From contig JAUHVL010000006.1 of assembly GCA_030425045.1 (NCBI GenBank), forward strand, positions 68,677 through 132,676: 64,000 bases of DNA, given 5' to 3'. The translations under genes were made by a program, and so were the position numbers. The number at the start of each line of letters is the position of its first letter. Position 1 is the stretch's first letter. This DNA comes from a bacterium (GTDB lineage: Bacteria > Bdellovibrionota > Bacteriovoracia > Bacteriovoracales > Bacteriovoracaceae). Shown one piece after another: positions 37,576-47,938 of the stretch. The notes below the pieces were generated by a model, which was given only the letters and a program-made list of their open reading frames with translations, ran no database searches and was not told the origin of the DNA.

Positions 37576-40500
37576 TTACACTTCTTGACAAAGATTTTGA
37601 AAATTACACTTGTGACAATGTTGGGTATTTACTTGAGAATAATCTTCTGTTTTTTTCCAGAAGGTTAGTACATAATCTTTAATCTCTTTTACTGTACATC
37701 TTTTCTCAACAATTTTCTGAGCATCTACATAAAGAAGCTTCAATACAAATTCAGAATTTGGATATTCAAAAGAAAAACATAAAGCATAGCAGTAAAGCTG
37801 TAACCAATAACTTTGGTTTTCTTCTTGGCCGCCAGTTTTAAAGTCCCAAATTTCGACTGCTCTAGAATCTAATTGAGGCTTTAGAACTAAGTCTGGTGTT
37901 CCATTAACAATATGTCCAAAAAGTGAAAAACGAACTGGCTCTTCAGAATGAAGAGTGTAGTCTTGAAGATATTTTTCAAGATTCTTTTCGACAAATATTA
38001 CCTGACTAGTCCGCTCAATACTTTTATCGCCCTTAATCAAACTTTCAATTTGATAATGAATATCTGATCCTCTTGCCTTACTACTTTTAAACTCATCATC
38101 CTGAACTTTGTTAGTTTTAGAGCTTTGAGTTAGGCCATCGGTGCCTAAGATTTCTAAATCTTCATCAGTAATTTTTAAAATATTGCTAAGAAAAAATTTC
38201 CTAGAACACTGAGCCAGTTCAGAAAATCTTGTTACTGAAAGCTCTGGAACCACAGAGAGTGAGCATTGAGGATTTCTTTTTGAGCTTACAATTCCTAAAT
38301 TACTTAAATGAAACTCAGGCCTTTGATTTTCTCTAATAGAATTATCATTGTCGAAATATCGATCATCAAAAACCTCATCATTTGTAATAAAAGTTCTATC
38401 TCCTTGCCACTTTCTAATACCGTTAATCCAACTATTACCAGAGTAAGACTTCTCTTTTCCATTCAGAGAAATATCAATCCAAGAGAGCTCTTTAACTGCT
38501 CTTGTGCAGGCAACATAGAATAGTCTCTTCGATTCGGAAAACTCAGACTTTTTATAATGTAACTCTTCAACGAGAAAACTCGGAGATTTATAAGACTTAC
38601 CTTTATGTGACCACTTAAAACTTAGAGGAAGCGCTCCAATAGATTTATCAAAAGCAGCTCCTTTTCCATTTGTAGAAACACCTCCAAGGATCACATGTTC
38701 AAACTCTAACCCTTTTGAACCATGAATTGTCATGATTGTTATTTTTTCACTATCCTGCCCATATCTAAAATCAATTGAGTAGGTGCCATCTTCATGATCT
38801 TCAATTCTTTCTCTACAATTGGCCACGTCATTATTCGTAATACGACATAATGACTCTATCAATGATAAATTATTCTGAAAGTTTGAATTATGTATTCCAT
38901 TTGAATAAAGAAAGTTTAAAAAAGACTGCCAAAGACCAATTGTGCTTTTCTGTTTACTGAATTTCTCGAGTGAATAGTCGAGGTTCTCTAGATCAATATT
39001 TAAATAAGAGAAGTATAATGAGATCTGCTCTCTCGCTTGATCACCACTCTCTAAAAGTAATTTAAAGATACTCCATAGCGGATCTTTTTTGAGATTCACT
39101 TTCATTTGCAAAGAAAAAGATAATTTATTTTCAATTAACTGAGGCAAAAGATACTTTACAGGGGTCAATTTTCTATAAAGGACACAAGAATTAAGCTTTG
39201 TCTTTTTAAGGATCTCTAAAATATTATTTGCTTCAATTTTTTCTAGCTCTGACTGAGACAAACTCTTCTTCTCTTGGTCAGATAAGTTAATCGATATTTG
39301 ATTTATATTTTCTAATGTAATCGTTTTATTAGCATAGTTCTGTGGTTCAAAGGGAACAATATTTGAATCAACCCCTTCATACTCAGGTCCGACATTCAAT
39401 AAAAATGAGAAAAAATCATTATTAAAATTAACAATTTTTTCACCTGATCGGTAATTATCTTTCAAGTTCAAATACTGGGGAATTTCCTCAGAGAGATTCT
39501 TAATTAATTTTATCTCCCCTCCTCTAAATCCATAGATTGCCTGCTTAATGTCACCCACACAAAAAAGCTTAGTAAAATTTCCATTAAGGATTTTATTTAC
39601 AATTTGAAATTGAACTTCAGAAGTATCTTGAAACTCATCTATGATAAAATAATTAAACTCTTGTGCTATTTGTTCTGCAATTTGTTCATTACACAAAGCT
39701 TCATAAACATAGTACTCCAAGTCAGAAAAGTTCAGCCCACCAGAAGTAAGGTATTCCGTTTCTAAAAAAGTATGAAGTGACTTTATCTGTTCTGACCACA
39801 GAGAAAAAGATGAAGAAAAGTTCAGGTAAGCCTCTATGCTTTCTCTATTCTTTTTAAGAAAGTCTCTTAAATTTTTAAATAGCCCCAATTCTTTGGAGCG
39901 AGGAAATGTCCCGAATTCTTTAAAAAAGTCATCTACTTCTATAAGATCCACAAATGTTTCTACATTTTGATTTCTAAAATAATCGAGAAGAGTTTTAATT
40001 TTAGGAGACTCTTTTCCTTCGAGTTCAAAGCTAGATAAAGCCTCAAACGATAATAATTCTTTTAACTCGACTAAAGCTTTTTCTTCATGGTTTTTTTCTA
40101 GTGATAATGAATGCCAAAGCTGCCTCAGTTCAGGAGAGGAGTAGATTTTTTGAAATGCTTCCTTCAGCTTTAGTTGATTAACGATAAAGTCTATTTCCAT
40201 ACCATTTTCTAGATTGGCGAGAAACCAGTCTTGTACTATTTTGTTGATCTTCTCGTTAAACTCTAAGTCGCTAATAATTTCTTTATTGCTATCAATTTTT
40301 GGGATAAGACCTTTTTGAATTAAGAGATAACAAAAGCCGTGAATTGTTGTGATATTCAAAGAAGTGATACACTCTTTCACAAGTTCTTTGTTGTTAAAAA
40401 GTATATCTAACTCATCGATCTCCTTTAAGTACTTCTGCATTCTTATTTCAAGTTCACCAGCTGCTTTTTTAGTGAATGTCATAAGAACAATTTTAGATAA

Positions 40501-40680
40501 ATACTCCTTCAGAGCTCCAGCATCTATTTCATTATTCTCTTGAAGCTTTTTCCTAAGCAAATAATAAATATGCTCAACCAAAACAAACGTTTTACCGGCA
40601 CCCGCACCAGCAGAGAGTAGAACTCCACCTTGGTGTTCAATGGCCTTTTGTTGCTCTAAACTTGGTGTCCTCTTAGCCAT
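37576..40680 (-). CDS. addA: UvrD/AddA-type helicase-nuclease with C-terminal PD-(D/E)XK domain and four-Cys signature
   Basis: Walker A GAGAGKTFVL, DEFQDTS, VGDIKQAIYGFRGG, TIHGSKGLEFEHVILGG, RLFYVACTRA. Nuclease PDLVL...EIWDFKTG and QLYCY. Cys: AQCSRKFF plus CHKCNFQNLC. Confidence 0.85.
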   Translation of the reverse strand: MAKRTPSLEQQKAIEHQGGVLLSAGAGAGKTFVLVEHIYYLLRKKLQENNEIDAGALKEYLSKIVLMTFTKKAAGELEIRMQKYLKEIDELDILFNNKELVKECITSLNITTIHGFCYLLIQKGLIPKIDSNKEIISDLEFNEKINKIVQDWFLANLENGMEIDFIVNQLKLKEAFQKIYSSPELRQLWHSLSLEKNHEEKALVELKELLSFEALSSFELEGKESPKIKTLLDYFRNQNVETFVDLIEVDDFFKEFGTFPRSKELGLFKNLRDFLKKNRESIEAYLNFSSSFSLWSEQIKSLHTFLETEYLTSGGLNFSDLEYYVYEALCNEQIAEQIAQEFNYFIIDEFQDTSEVQFQIVNKILNGNFTKLFCVGDIKQAIYGFRGGEIKLIKNLSEEIPQYLNLKDNYRSGEKIVNFNNDFFSFLLNVGPEYEGVDSNIVPFEPQNYANKTITLENINQISINLSDQEKKSLSQSELEKIEANNILEILKKTKLNSCVLYRKLTPVKYLLPQLIENKLSFSLQMKVNLKKDPLWSIFKLLLESGDQAREQISLYFSYLNIDLENLDYSLEKFSKQKSTIGLWQSFLNFLYSNGIHNSNFQNNLSLIESLCRITNNDVANCRERIEDHEDGTYSIDFRYGQDSEKITIMTIHGSKGLEFEHVILGGVSTNGKGAAFDKSIGALPLSFKWSHKGKSYKSPSFLVEELHYKKSEFSESKRLFYVACTRAVKELSWIDISLNGKEKSYSGNSWINGIRKWQGDRTFITNDEVFDDRYFDNDNSIRENQRPEFHLSNLGIVSSKRNPQCSLSVVPELSVTRFSELAQCSRKFFLSNILKITDEDLEILGTDGLTQSSKTNKVQDDEFKSSKARGSDIHYQIESLIKGDKSIERTSQVIFVEKNLEKYLQDYTLHSEEPVRFSLFGHIVNGTPDLVLKPQLDSRAVEIWDFKTGGQEENQSYWLQLYCYALCFSFEYPNSEFVLKLLYVDAQKIVEKRCTVKEIKDYVLTFWKKTEDYSQVNTQHCHKCNFQNLCQEV

Positions 40681-42934
40681 TCAACTCTCCCTTTGGGCAT
40701 AAATTGCTGACATGACAAAAGTTACAAGCACTCTGATTTGAGGGTTTAGCCAGATACTGAGATTCGTTTTTGATTTGGGCCACCAATGCCTCTTCAAAGC
40801 TTTGAAAATCACTTAGAGATAAGTCTGTTACTATATTTGATTTGAATAATGCTAGTTTGCTCTCGGATCTCGCAAACATTAACGACTTCGAAAGATCATC
40901 TAAGTTTAAAAAGCCCCAATAATTTATCTCACTTAAGTTGAAACCACAGTAATTTAAATAAAACCATAGTTGGATTTTTCTAAACTCAGTATGCTCAATT
41001 TTACTTGGAATTCCATATGCGGAGCTTTTGAAATCGACTATTCCCTTCCCCAAAATAGCAGAATCCCATATAAGATCAATTCTTCCAGATATACAATCTC
41101 CAGTGAGAACCTTTTCAAAAACCAGATCAATATTAGGGTCAATTCTTTTTAACTCATTTAAAAAGACTTCTGCATTTTTTGATTTATACAAAAGTTTCAA
41201 TCTAGAATCTTCATAATAAAGAGGATTAACTTGTTTGCTTTTTGCATACTTATTCATTATCTCTGATACGATTTCAGTGAGCGATAGTTTTTCATTTAGC
41301 TCTTTTTTTTCAATAATCTCATGGAGCATGAGACCCATTTCACTTGCCGTAAACTTGCTTAGATAAGACTTTTGAATATCTAAATTATCAACATAGGAAA
41401 AATAATATTTCCTAGGGCAATCTATAAACGTTTGAAGTCTAGAGGCAGAATATTTTAATATATCTATTTCTTTTCGTTTAATTTTATCATTTAAAAAGTC
41501 TGGTTTTTCTTCAGAGGGATAAAGCTGATATTTTTTAACGTTATCAATCTCTAACTCATCCCAAAATAAATTTTCATCAAGTGTTCCTTCCTCGATAAAA
41601 AACTTCACCTTATTCTTGATCAACAAACCTTTTACATAGCACTGAAGTTGACTACGCTCTCTTTTTATATTTCGTAATGGCCCCAAAGCAACGAGAAAAC
41701 TTTTAACTTTCTCAGTAAAGATTTCATTACTCGAAGATAATGAAATCCCATTATTTTTTACACAGACTGAAAGGTCCTGGTTTAGATCTAACGTTTCAAT
41801 CCTCGATAAATCAAACAAATTCGAACCCCATTCAGAGAGGCCGACGGGAAGTGTACTAGACCTAGGCAGATTTAACTTAAGTATTTCAAAAATAATTTTT
41901 CTATCGAACTCACTTGGTACTCTATTCTCATCTGAAATTTCCTTCCAAGAAGTAATTGACTCTTTTAACGATAAATACAATTTCAAACGAATGAAGTCTT
42001 TATTTTTTACAAGTGAACTCATTCTTTTACTTATATTATCGTCATCCCAGCTTTCTTTTTCTAGCTCTTCAAAATACATCTCAAATAAATCAACTGATAC
42101 CTTGTAAAAGCTTTGTTGTGTGTCTAATTCCAAATATTCTTTTAAGTTAGGAGTTTTATCAAAAATTAATATATTTTTTGATGAAGAGTCTTTTTTTATG
42201 ACCTCTGACAAATACCCTTTTGGAAAGGTAAAAACTTCTGCCTTTAATTCAAAATTTCTTTTTTCCAGCTCAATTTTTTCTGCTCCCATAGTGTCCAAAC
42301 AATAAGCCCAGTCAGTGGATATAAGATCATCTTCAATTTCTCGAAAAGATGGAATATAGATATCTGACTTAGCGCCAAGAGAAGAAAGCAGCTCAAGCTG
42401 TAAAGCTGAGAAATGAGAAAAGCCTACAAAAATAAAACTTTCATTAAGACTATCCCCATCACTAATAATTTCAGCACATTTTTTATAAGCTGCCTGCTCG
42501 TCGAGAATGTTTTGAATAGTCATATAGGCATAAAACCATTTCAAAGCCAGAGCAAGTTCTTCGGGATGTTCTGGTAAAACCTCCTCAATCAACTCAATAT
42601 CGCTCGTAAAACCTCTATAGTCTGTAAAAAGATTGAAAGCTTGATTAAAGCTATTAAAAACTTTCTTGCCACCAGCCTTTTTCCATATAACCGAAAGCTC
42701 TAGAAAAAGTTCTGACTTTCGATAGACTTTTTGATCGGGTAAGTTTTTTTTTATAATTTCTTTTACAAATTGAGCAATTGTTATGGGCTCGATAGATCGA
42801 TGAGAGACAAGGTGAGATATATTATCTGCTCTGGTTGGATCAGAACAGATCGCCTTAATCTTTTTATCACTTTCGATAAAGTCTAATTTATAAAAATCAT
42901 TAATGTTATCGAGTAGAACTCTTCGAATTGCCAA
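40673..42934 (-). CDS. addB: AddB-like PD-(D/E)XK nuclease subunit (no Walker A seen)
   Basis: ASRLQTFIDCPRKYYF, GRIDLIWD...GIVDFKSS, QLWFYLNY, C-terminal CNFCHVSNLC. TTG start. Overlaps addA by 8 nt. Confidence 0.7.
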   Translation of the reverse strand: MAIRRVLLDNINDFYKLDFIESDKKIKAICSDPTRADNISHLVSHRSIEPITIAQFVKEIIKKNLPDQKVYRKSELFLELSVIWKKAGGKKVFNSFNQAFNLFTDYRGFTSDIELIEEVLPEHPEELALALKWFYAYMTIQNILDEQAAYKKCAEIISDGDSLNESFIFVGFSHFSALQLELLSSLGAKSDIYIPSFREIEDDLISTDWAYCLDTMGAEKIELEKRNFELKAEVFTFPKGYLSEVIKKDSSSKNILIFDKTPNLKEYLELDTQQSFYKVSVDLFEMYFEELEKESWDDDNISKRMSSLVKNKDFIRLKLYLSLKESITSWKEISDENRVPSEFDRKIIFEILKLNLPRSSTLPVGLSEWGSNLFDLSRIETLDLNQDLSVCVKNNGISLSSSNEIFTEKVKSFLVALGPLRNIKRERSQLQCYVKGLLIKNKVKFFIEEGTLDENLFWDELEIDNVKKYQLYPSEEKPDFLNDKIKRKEIDILKYSASRLQTFIDCPRKYYFSYVDNLDIQKSYLSKFTASEMGLMLHEIIEKKELNEKLSLTEIVSEIMNKYAKSKQVNPLYYEDSRLKLLYKSKNAEVFLNELKRIDPNIDLVFEKVLTGDCISGRIDLIWDSAILGKGIVDFKSSAYGIPSKIEHTEFRKIQLWFYLNYCGFNLSEINYWGFLNLDDLSKSLMFARSESKLALFKSNIVTDLSLSDFQSFEEALVAQIKNESQYLAKPSNQSACNFCHVSNLCPKGELNG

Positions 42935-42943
42935 GGTTAACCT

Positions 42944-43972
42944 TTAAAAAATGCCAAGAAACTTTTCTTTTGGTGCCCACAAGATTCTTTCGAGAACTTC
43001 ACTTTCGTTCATATAAGAACAAAAGTTTTCAGCGCCGGGACCATCGGCCCAAACAGATGAAAGTAACGATGTTTTCTTATAAAGAATATTTTTCCCTTTT
43101 TTAATAAAAGCATTCCACTCTTTACCAGCGGAAGGAAATTCAATTGGCATTGCTGCAGAGGAAGTTAAAAGAATGAGGGTTTTATTACTATTTCTGGTTG
43201 AATCCTTGAAGTATTGATACATCTCCATTATTTCGATCAACCTTTCTCTAGCTAGGATAATATTTCTTTTTTTCTTTAGAGCATCATTAAAACTAAAATC
43301 TCTCACGATCAATAATTTCCTACCAGGTTCAACAAGCATTCTTTTCCAAAGCTCCTTAGCATTATTCAACGTACTTGCAAAACACCCTTTATCCTGACAT
43401 GACCGATCACGAAAAACGCCCGGTCTCAAAATCTCTTCTTTTTGAAAGTGAAAGGTTGGTAAATTCATATTTTTAGAATTTCCACTCATTGACCAAAAGC
43501 TTGTATTATCAAGTTTATTTTTAGCTTCTGAACATTCTTTAATCTTGAGTAAGGATTCATCTTTCGATAGGGGCCCCTCTAAGATCGCTGTTTGGAATTT
43601 GAAGGGCTCAAGAAGATTCCAAACAAAATCTCTATCATAGTCACTACATTCATTTTTAATTTTCTTACTACCAGATAGTTGAGAAACAAAACCACTTTCA
43701 GGAACTACCCTTAAGTCATAAAGGTTATAACTCCACATATTTCCCATACAGACTGCATTCTCTAGAGGACTTACGTAATTCTCAATAGGACTATTAAACT
43801 TAACAAGCCCAAGGTGTTCATCACTTAAGCCTGCAACTTGGATCCATATAATTTGATCCGCCTTTTTACCAAACTCATGAGTCTTTTTTCCCAAGGTCGT
43901 TACTCTAGAACAACTCAAGAAAGTTAAGCTAAAAAGAACAAAAAAAAGTGCTCTAATTTCTGACAATTGCAT
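42944..43972 (-). CDS. Lipoprotein, unknown function; possibly a degenerate alkaline-phosphatase-superfamily fold
   Basis: Lipobox LTFLSC. IIWIQVAGLSDEHL and TLILLTSSAAMP sit where the vvlisvDG and lvi.tSDHG motifs would be, but the metal ligands are substituted. Lies 9 nt upstream of addB. Confidence 0.45.
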   Translation of the reverse strand: MQLSEIRALFFVLFSLTFLSCSRVTTLGKKTHEFGKKADQIIWIQVAGLSDEHLGLVKFNSPIENYVSPLENAVCMGNMWSYNLYDLRVVPESGFVSQLSGSKKIKNECSDYDRDFVWNLLEPFKFQTAILEGPLSKDESLLKIKECSEAKNKLDNTSFWSMSGNSKNMNLPTFHFQKEEILRPGVFRDRSCQDKGCFASTLNNAKELWKRMLVEPGRKLLIVRDFSFNDALKKKRNIILARERLIEIMEMYQYFKDSTRNSNKTLILLTSSAAMPIEFPSAGKEWNAFIKKGKNILYKKTSLLSSVWADGPGAENFCSYMNESEVLERILWAPKEKFLGIF

Positions 43973-44046
43973 ATTTATTCGTCTATACTGTTATTAATCA
44001 TCAAGTACACAATACAATAGACGATCTTGTCAGGAGAAACAACAAA

Positions 44047-46044
44047 ATGGATACACAAGCGACCAGAGAAATAATGTGGGCCATTCCTCAATCTTTCAAA
44101 ATTATCATGTATGCTCTTTTTGCGCTGAGCACCGCAGCGATGATCAAAGGGCTCTATGACAAGTATCAATTTGCAGTGCAAGATCGAGGCTTCAAATCCC
44201 TCTTACCAGAAAAGTTAAATTGGTCGAACTTTTTAAAAACAATTTTTTTACAGGGAAAAGTAACTCGTCATTTTAAAATAGGTGTTATTCATGCCCTTAT
44301 TTTTTATGGTTTTATGATTCTTTGGGTTGCAACTGATCTTGTTGCTATTCACTACGATACACCATTTAAAGTTTTTCAAGGTCCAGTTTATATAACGATT
44401 TCATTCTTAGCCGACATGGCAGGACTTATGATCCTCGTTGGTATTGGACTCGCTTTTAAAAGACGTTATATCGACAAACCAGACTACCTAAGTGCAACGA
44501 AACCAAAACAAGAAATGTTCATGTATATCATGCTCACTCTTTTGGTTGTTCTTGGTTACGTTATTGAAGGTTTCAGAATTTCAGGAACAGGCATGCCTAT
44601 CGGTGAAAAATCGTGGGCTCCTGTTGGATGGTTTATCGCCACAATTGTTAATGGCATGAATCTATCAGAGCAAACGATGGCTTTTACCTACAGAGGAATG
44701 TGGTTTTTTCATATGGCCAACACCATGGCTTTCATCGTGGCCATTGGCCATAGTAAGTTTTCTCATATCATGATCCTCCCCGTTGCAGCACTCCTGACTC
44801 CATTTAGAAGAGGTGGCGTTTTAGAGCCAATGGACTTTGAAAACGAGGAAGCAGAAACTTTTGGCTTAGGAAAACTCTCTGAACTCACAACAAAGAATCG
44901 TCTCGATATGCTCTCTTGTGTTGAGTGTGGTCGGTGTACTCAAGCCTGTCCTGCCTTAGCATCAGACAAACCACTTGATCCGAAAAAAATCATTACAAAA
45001 ATTAGAGATTTTGCACAGGAAACCGAAGGCGATGCTGAGCTTTGGGGAGAAAAGGCCATCTATAGTTTTACTGAGTTAGACTCTTGTACAACTTGTGGTG
45101 CCTGTATGGAAGAATGTCCAGCTAATATTGAGCACGTCAATATTATTATGGAAGCCAAAAGATATAAGACATTAACCCTTGGTGAAATTCCTCCTGCTGC
45201 TGCAGATGCTGCAAACAAAATTAGAGTCAATGGAAATCCTTGGGGTATTTCTCAAGATGATCGTTTCAAATGGGCCGATGGCATGGATGTTCCTGTCGCT
45301 GACGAGCAAAAAGAAATCGATTATTTATATTATGTAGGTTGTGCTGGCTCATACGACGCCGCCAACCAAAAAGTTTTAAAAGACACAATCATGCTTCTTC
45401 AAAAGGCAAACGTAGATTTTGCTGTCATCGGTAAAGGTGAAAAATGTAATGGGGATCCCATCAGACGTTTTGGAGATGAGTATACGTTCTTTGAAGTTGC
45501 GATTGAAAATATCTCTATGCTTAATCAATATAAATTCAAAAAGATTGTTACTCATTGTCCGCATTGTCTTCACACAATTGGAAAAGAGTATGGAAAATTT
45601 GAAGACGGACAATTTGAAGTTGTTCACCACACTGAACTCTTAGCTGCACTCATCAAAGACGGTAAGTTAAAAACTGAAAAGTCTCTCGACCAAAAATTAA
45701 CGTTTCATGATCCTTGTTATCTAGGCCGTCACCATGGTGAATACAATGCTCCAAGAGAAATTCTAAAAGCTATCCCAGGTCTTGAAATAAATGAAATGGA
45801 AAAAAGTAAAGATACGGCCACTTGCTGTGGAATGGGTGGCGGAAATATGTGGTATGAATTAGATGAAGGACAACACCTTGCCCTCAACAGACTAGAAGAA
45901 ATTGGCGAAACAAATAGCCCTAGTCTGGCCACTGCTTGTTCTTATTGCTTGATCAACTTCAACAGCTCTAAAGGTCAAAACAATAAGACAGAGGAGCTTG
46001 AAATAGATGACGTTGCGTCTATCTTGGCAAAGTCTGTGCTTTAG
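44047..46044 (+). CDS. Membrane-anchored Fe-S oxidoreductase: NarI/DsrM-like TM domain + 2x[4Fe-4S] ferredoxin + CCG domains (HdrD/DsrK/GlpC-like)
   Basis: About 5-6 N-terminal TM helices with conserved-looking His residues. CVECGRCTQACP and CTTCGACMEECP cluster motifs. Cys-rich CCG-type domains (YYVGCAGSYD...KCNGDP...HCPHCLH; FHDPCYLGRH...TCCGMGGG...ACSYCL). Confidence 0.8.
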   Translation: MDTQATREIMWAIPQSFKIIMYALFALSTAAMIKGLYDKYQFAVQDRGFKSLLPEKLNWSNFLKTIFLQGKVTRHFKIGVIHALIFYGFMILWVATDLVAIHYDTPFKVFQGPVYITISFLADMAGLMILVGIGLAFKRRYIDKPDYLSATKPKQEMFMYIMLTLLVVLGYVIEGFRISGTGMPIGEKSWAPVGWFIATIVNGMNLSEQTMAFTYRGMWFFHMANTMAFIVAIGHSKFSHIMILPVAALLTPFRRGGVLEPMDFENEEAETFGLGKLSELTTKNRLDMLSCVECGRCTQACPALASDKPLDPKKIITKIRDFAQETEGDAELWGEKAIYSFTELDSCTTCGACMEECPANIEHVNIIMEAKRYKTLTLGEIPPAAADAANKIRVNGNPWGISQDDRFKWADGMDVPVADEQKEIDYLYYVGCAGSYDAANQKVLKDTIMLLQKANVDFAVIGKGEKCNGDPIRRFGDEYTFFEVAIENISMLNQYKFKKIVTHCPHCLHTIGKEYGKFEDGQFEVVHHTELLAALIKDGKLKTEKSLDQKLTFHDPCYLGRHHGEYNAPREILKAIPGLEINEMEKSKDTATCCGMGGGNMWYELDEGQHLALNRLEEIGETNSPSLATACSYCLINFNSSKGQNNKTEELEIDDVASILAKSVL

Positions 46045-47938
46045 GCTTTGCCTTTTATTTCTTTTTGCTCAGCATGCTGCATTTGCAGAAACTCCTGGAG
46101 TTATTGATTCTCTCCAGAAAATCATGGATGAACAAAAAAATCTCTTTATAAAAAAAAGAGATGATCTTAGATCGAGTATCGGTTTATCCACTCCCATAAC
46201 TCAAGAACAGTTTGATCAAAGTATAATTCACCCAGACTTTTTAGCGGGAGTTATTTTAAACTCAGCTCCTAGATATCTCTATCTGGTAAACGATAATATT
46301 TGTAATTTTGCTGCTCTCGTTGAGAACTCACTTATTAAAAGCGCGACTGGTGCGATTGATGAAATTCCTGTTCTCGTTAAATCGAACAAGAGGCCCTTTC
46401 TCATCCCTAAAGATGAATATATTAAGCTCTCTGAAAAAAAATGCCCTGGTCTAAAAAGAAAAGCAGAACTTTTTTCAGCGCAGAATCTTAGGGCAACACT
46501 AAACTCTATCAAGTATCCTGAACCTACTTCAACAAATGAATGTCATCGAATCGTTGATGATTGGAAAGACAATAGTTTCCTTCCTTATCTTTGTCGTATT
46601 CCAAACCAATTAACAAAAGGTAGAAATGCTAAATATATTTTAGACAAAAAGAAAAACTTATCCTTAAGAGAACGTAGAGAGTTACGACGTATTAAATTAC
46701 TTGCTGATAACATCAATGAAAGAAGCACTTTCAAGCAAAGGCAATACTTAAACTTTTTATGTGATGGTCTTTTAAATAAAGAAAGGTTTTGCAAGCCCTT
46801 TTTAGCATCTGATGTTTGGACAAAGATTATCAACAAGAATTTACCTGACTATTTATTAAAATATAAGTGTCATTCTCTTTATGGAAGAAACAATATTACA
46901 GAAGCTCAATTGAGGACTTGTGGACTTAAGATAAAAACAGAGCCTGAACTTTGTTATTGGAAAACATCTCGCGGCTTCTCTTCCTTATTACCCGCCAATA
47001 ACTGTGAGAAAGTTTCAGATGCACTAGCTGAGTCAAGACTTAAAGCTGATTACAATGACTGTCCTGGTATTATTATGAATAATAGTCTGAATAATATTCA
47101 CAGGATTTATTCTCACTTTAAAAAAGAAAATCAATCTGGGCAACTGGTCGTAAACTCTTCAGACTGTTCGGCTCAAACCTATGCAAGTTTAGCTAGCCTC
47201 TACCTCTCTAATAAAATAGAAGATCGATGGCCTTTAAATGTCTGCTACTTCGATCGTATAGAAGATGACCGAGTATGTAGAATGTATATACCCGGTGAAC
47301 AAAACTCACCTTACTCCGAAAATAAAGTCGTCACAGAAATTTTAAAGAGACTGATGCCACTTCCGACCAATAGCCTTTGCAAAGTTATCGATAGTAATAA
47401 ATTTAATCCCGCTCTACTTGAATACAAGATTGGTTGTTATATCATCAGGGATTTAAAGAATTGTAATCAATCTCCTTGTCCTCGAAAGATCGTAGTGAAA
47501 GAAAAAGAAGTAAAAGGAATTGAATATATTGGCTCCATGGAACAAAACTATATTCCTTCTACCTACGCAAAAAAACGATATGCGGGAATTCATATTCTCG
47601 AAGAAAGTTTAAAAATAAAAAATAAAACGATTAATAACTTCACTGAACTTATGGTTTTTTTCAATCAAAAAGAAAAAGGAATCATTCATGGCATTGGCTG
47701 TATTGAAGATCTCTTACCAGAGTTTTTCCAAAGTAAAATTATAAATGCCTGCCGACCGATGTCTTTTATTATTGATGGAATCGTCGGTGGTTTAGATGAT
47801 AAAAAACTTGTGTTTAGAGCTGCCATAGACCATGTACACTCTCCGAGGCTAATGAATTGGCAGAATATTTTCAATGCAGTTAGTAGGTATAAGGAAATGC
47901 ATCCTTTAAAAAGTTGGACGTTGTATGGCGCTTTTTAA
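46007..47938 (+). CDS. Secreted Cys-rich protein (20 Cys after the signal peptide), unknown function
   Basis: Signal peptide MTLRLSWQSLCFRLCLLFLFAQHAAFA. Overlaps the Fe-S oxidoreductase gene by 38 nt. Cys count is by my own inspection. Confidence 0.5.
   Translation: MTLRLSWQSLCFRLCLLFLFAQHAAFAETPGVIDSLQKIMDEQKNLFIKKRDDLRSSIGLSTPITQEQFDQSIIHPDFLAGVILNSAPRYLYLVNDNICNFAALVENSLIKSATGAIDEIPVLVKSNKRPFLIPKDEYIKLSEKKCPGLKRKAELFSAQNLRATLNSIKYPEPTSTNECHRIVDDWKDNSFLPYLCRIPNQLTKGRNAKYILDKKKNLSLRERRELRRIKLLADNINERSTFKQRQYLNFLCDGLLNKERFCKPFLASDVWTKIINKNLPDYLLKYKCHSLYGRNNITEAQLRTCGLKIKTEPELCYWKTSRGFSSLLPANNCEKVSDALAESRLKADYNDCPGIIMNNSLNNIHRIYSHFKKENQSGQLVVNSSDCSAQTYASLASLYLSNKIEDRWPLNVCYFDRIEDDRVCRMYIPGEQNSPYSENKVVTEILKRLMPLPTNSLCKVIDSNKFNPALLEYKIGCYIIRDLKNCNQSPCPRKIVVKEKEVKGIEYIGSMEQNYIPSTYAKKRYAGIHILEESLKIKNKTINNFTELMVFFNQKEKGIIHGIGCIEDLLPEFFQSKIINACRPMSFIIDGIVGGLDDKKLVFRAAIDHVHSPRLMNWQNIFNAVSRYKEMHPLKSWTLYGAF

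Noticed and set aside
25044-42934. Zorya-like anti-phage system (MotA/MotB-like proteins plus helicase/nuclease)
   Set aside because: The channel protein is a short (216 aa) ExbB/TolQ type without the long ZorA tail. The partners are ExbD-like, not MotB/OmpA-like. The helicase-nuclease genes are canonical AddAB-like, 11 kb away on the opposite strand, with the Glt-like operon in between.
43975-44181. 68-aa minus-strand ORF between the lipoprotein gene and the Fe-S oxidoreductase gene
   Set aside because: It overlaps the well-supported start of the 44047 gene (which has an AGGAG RBS) on the opposite strand. It has no RBS or recognisable features, so it is most likely spurious.
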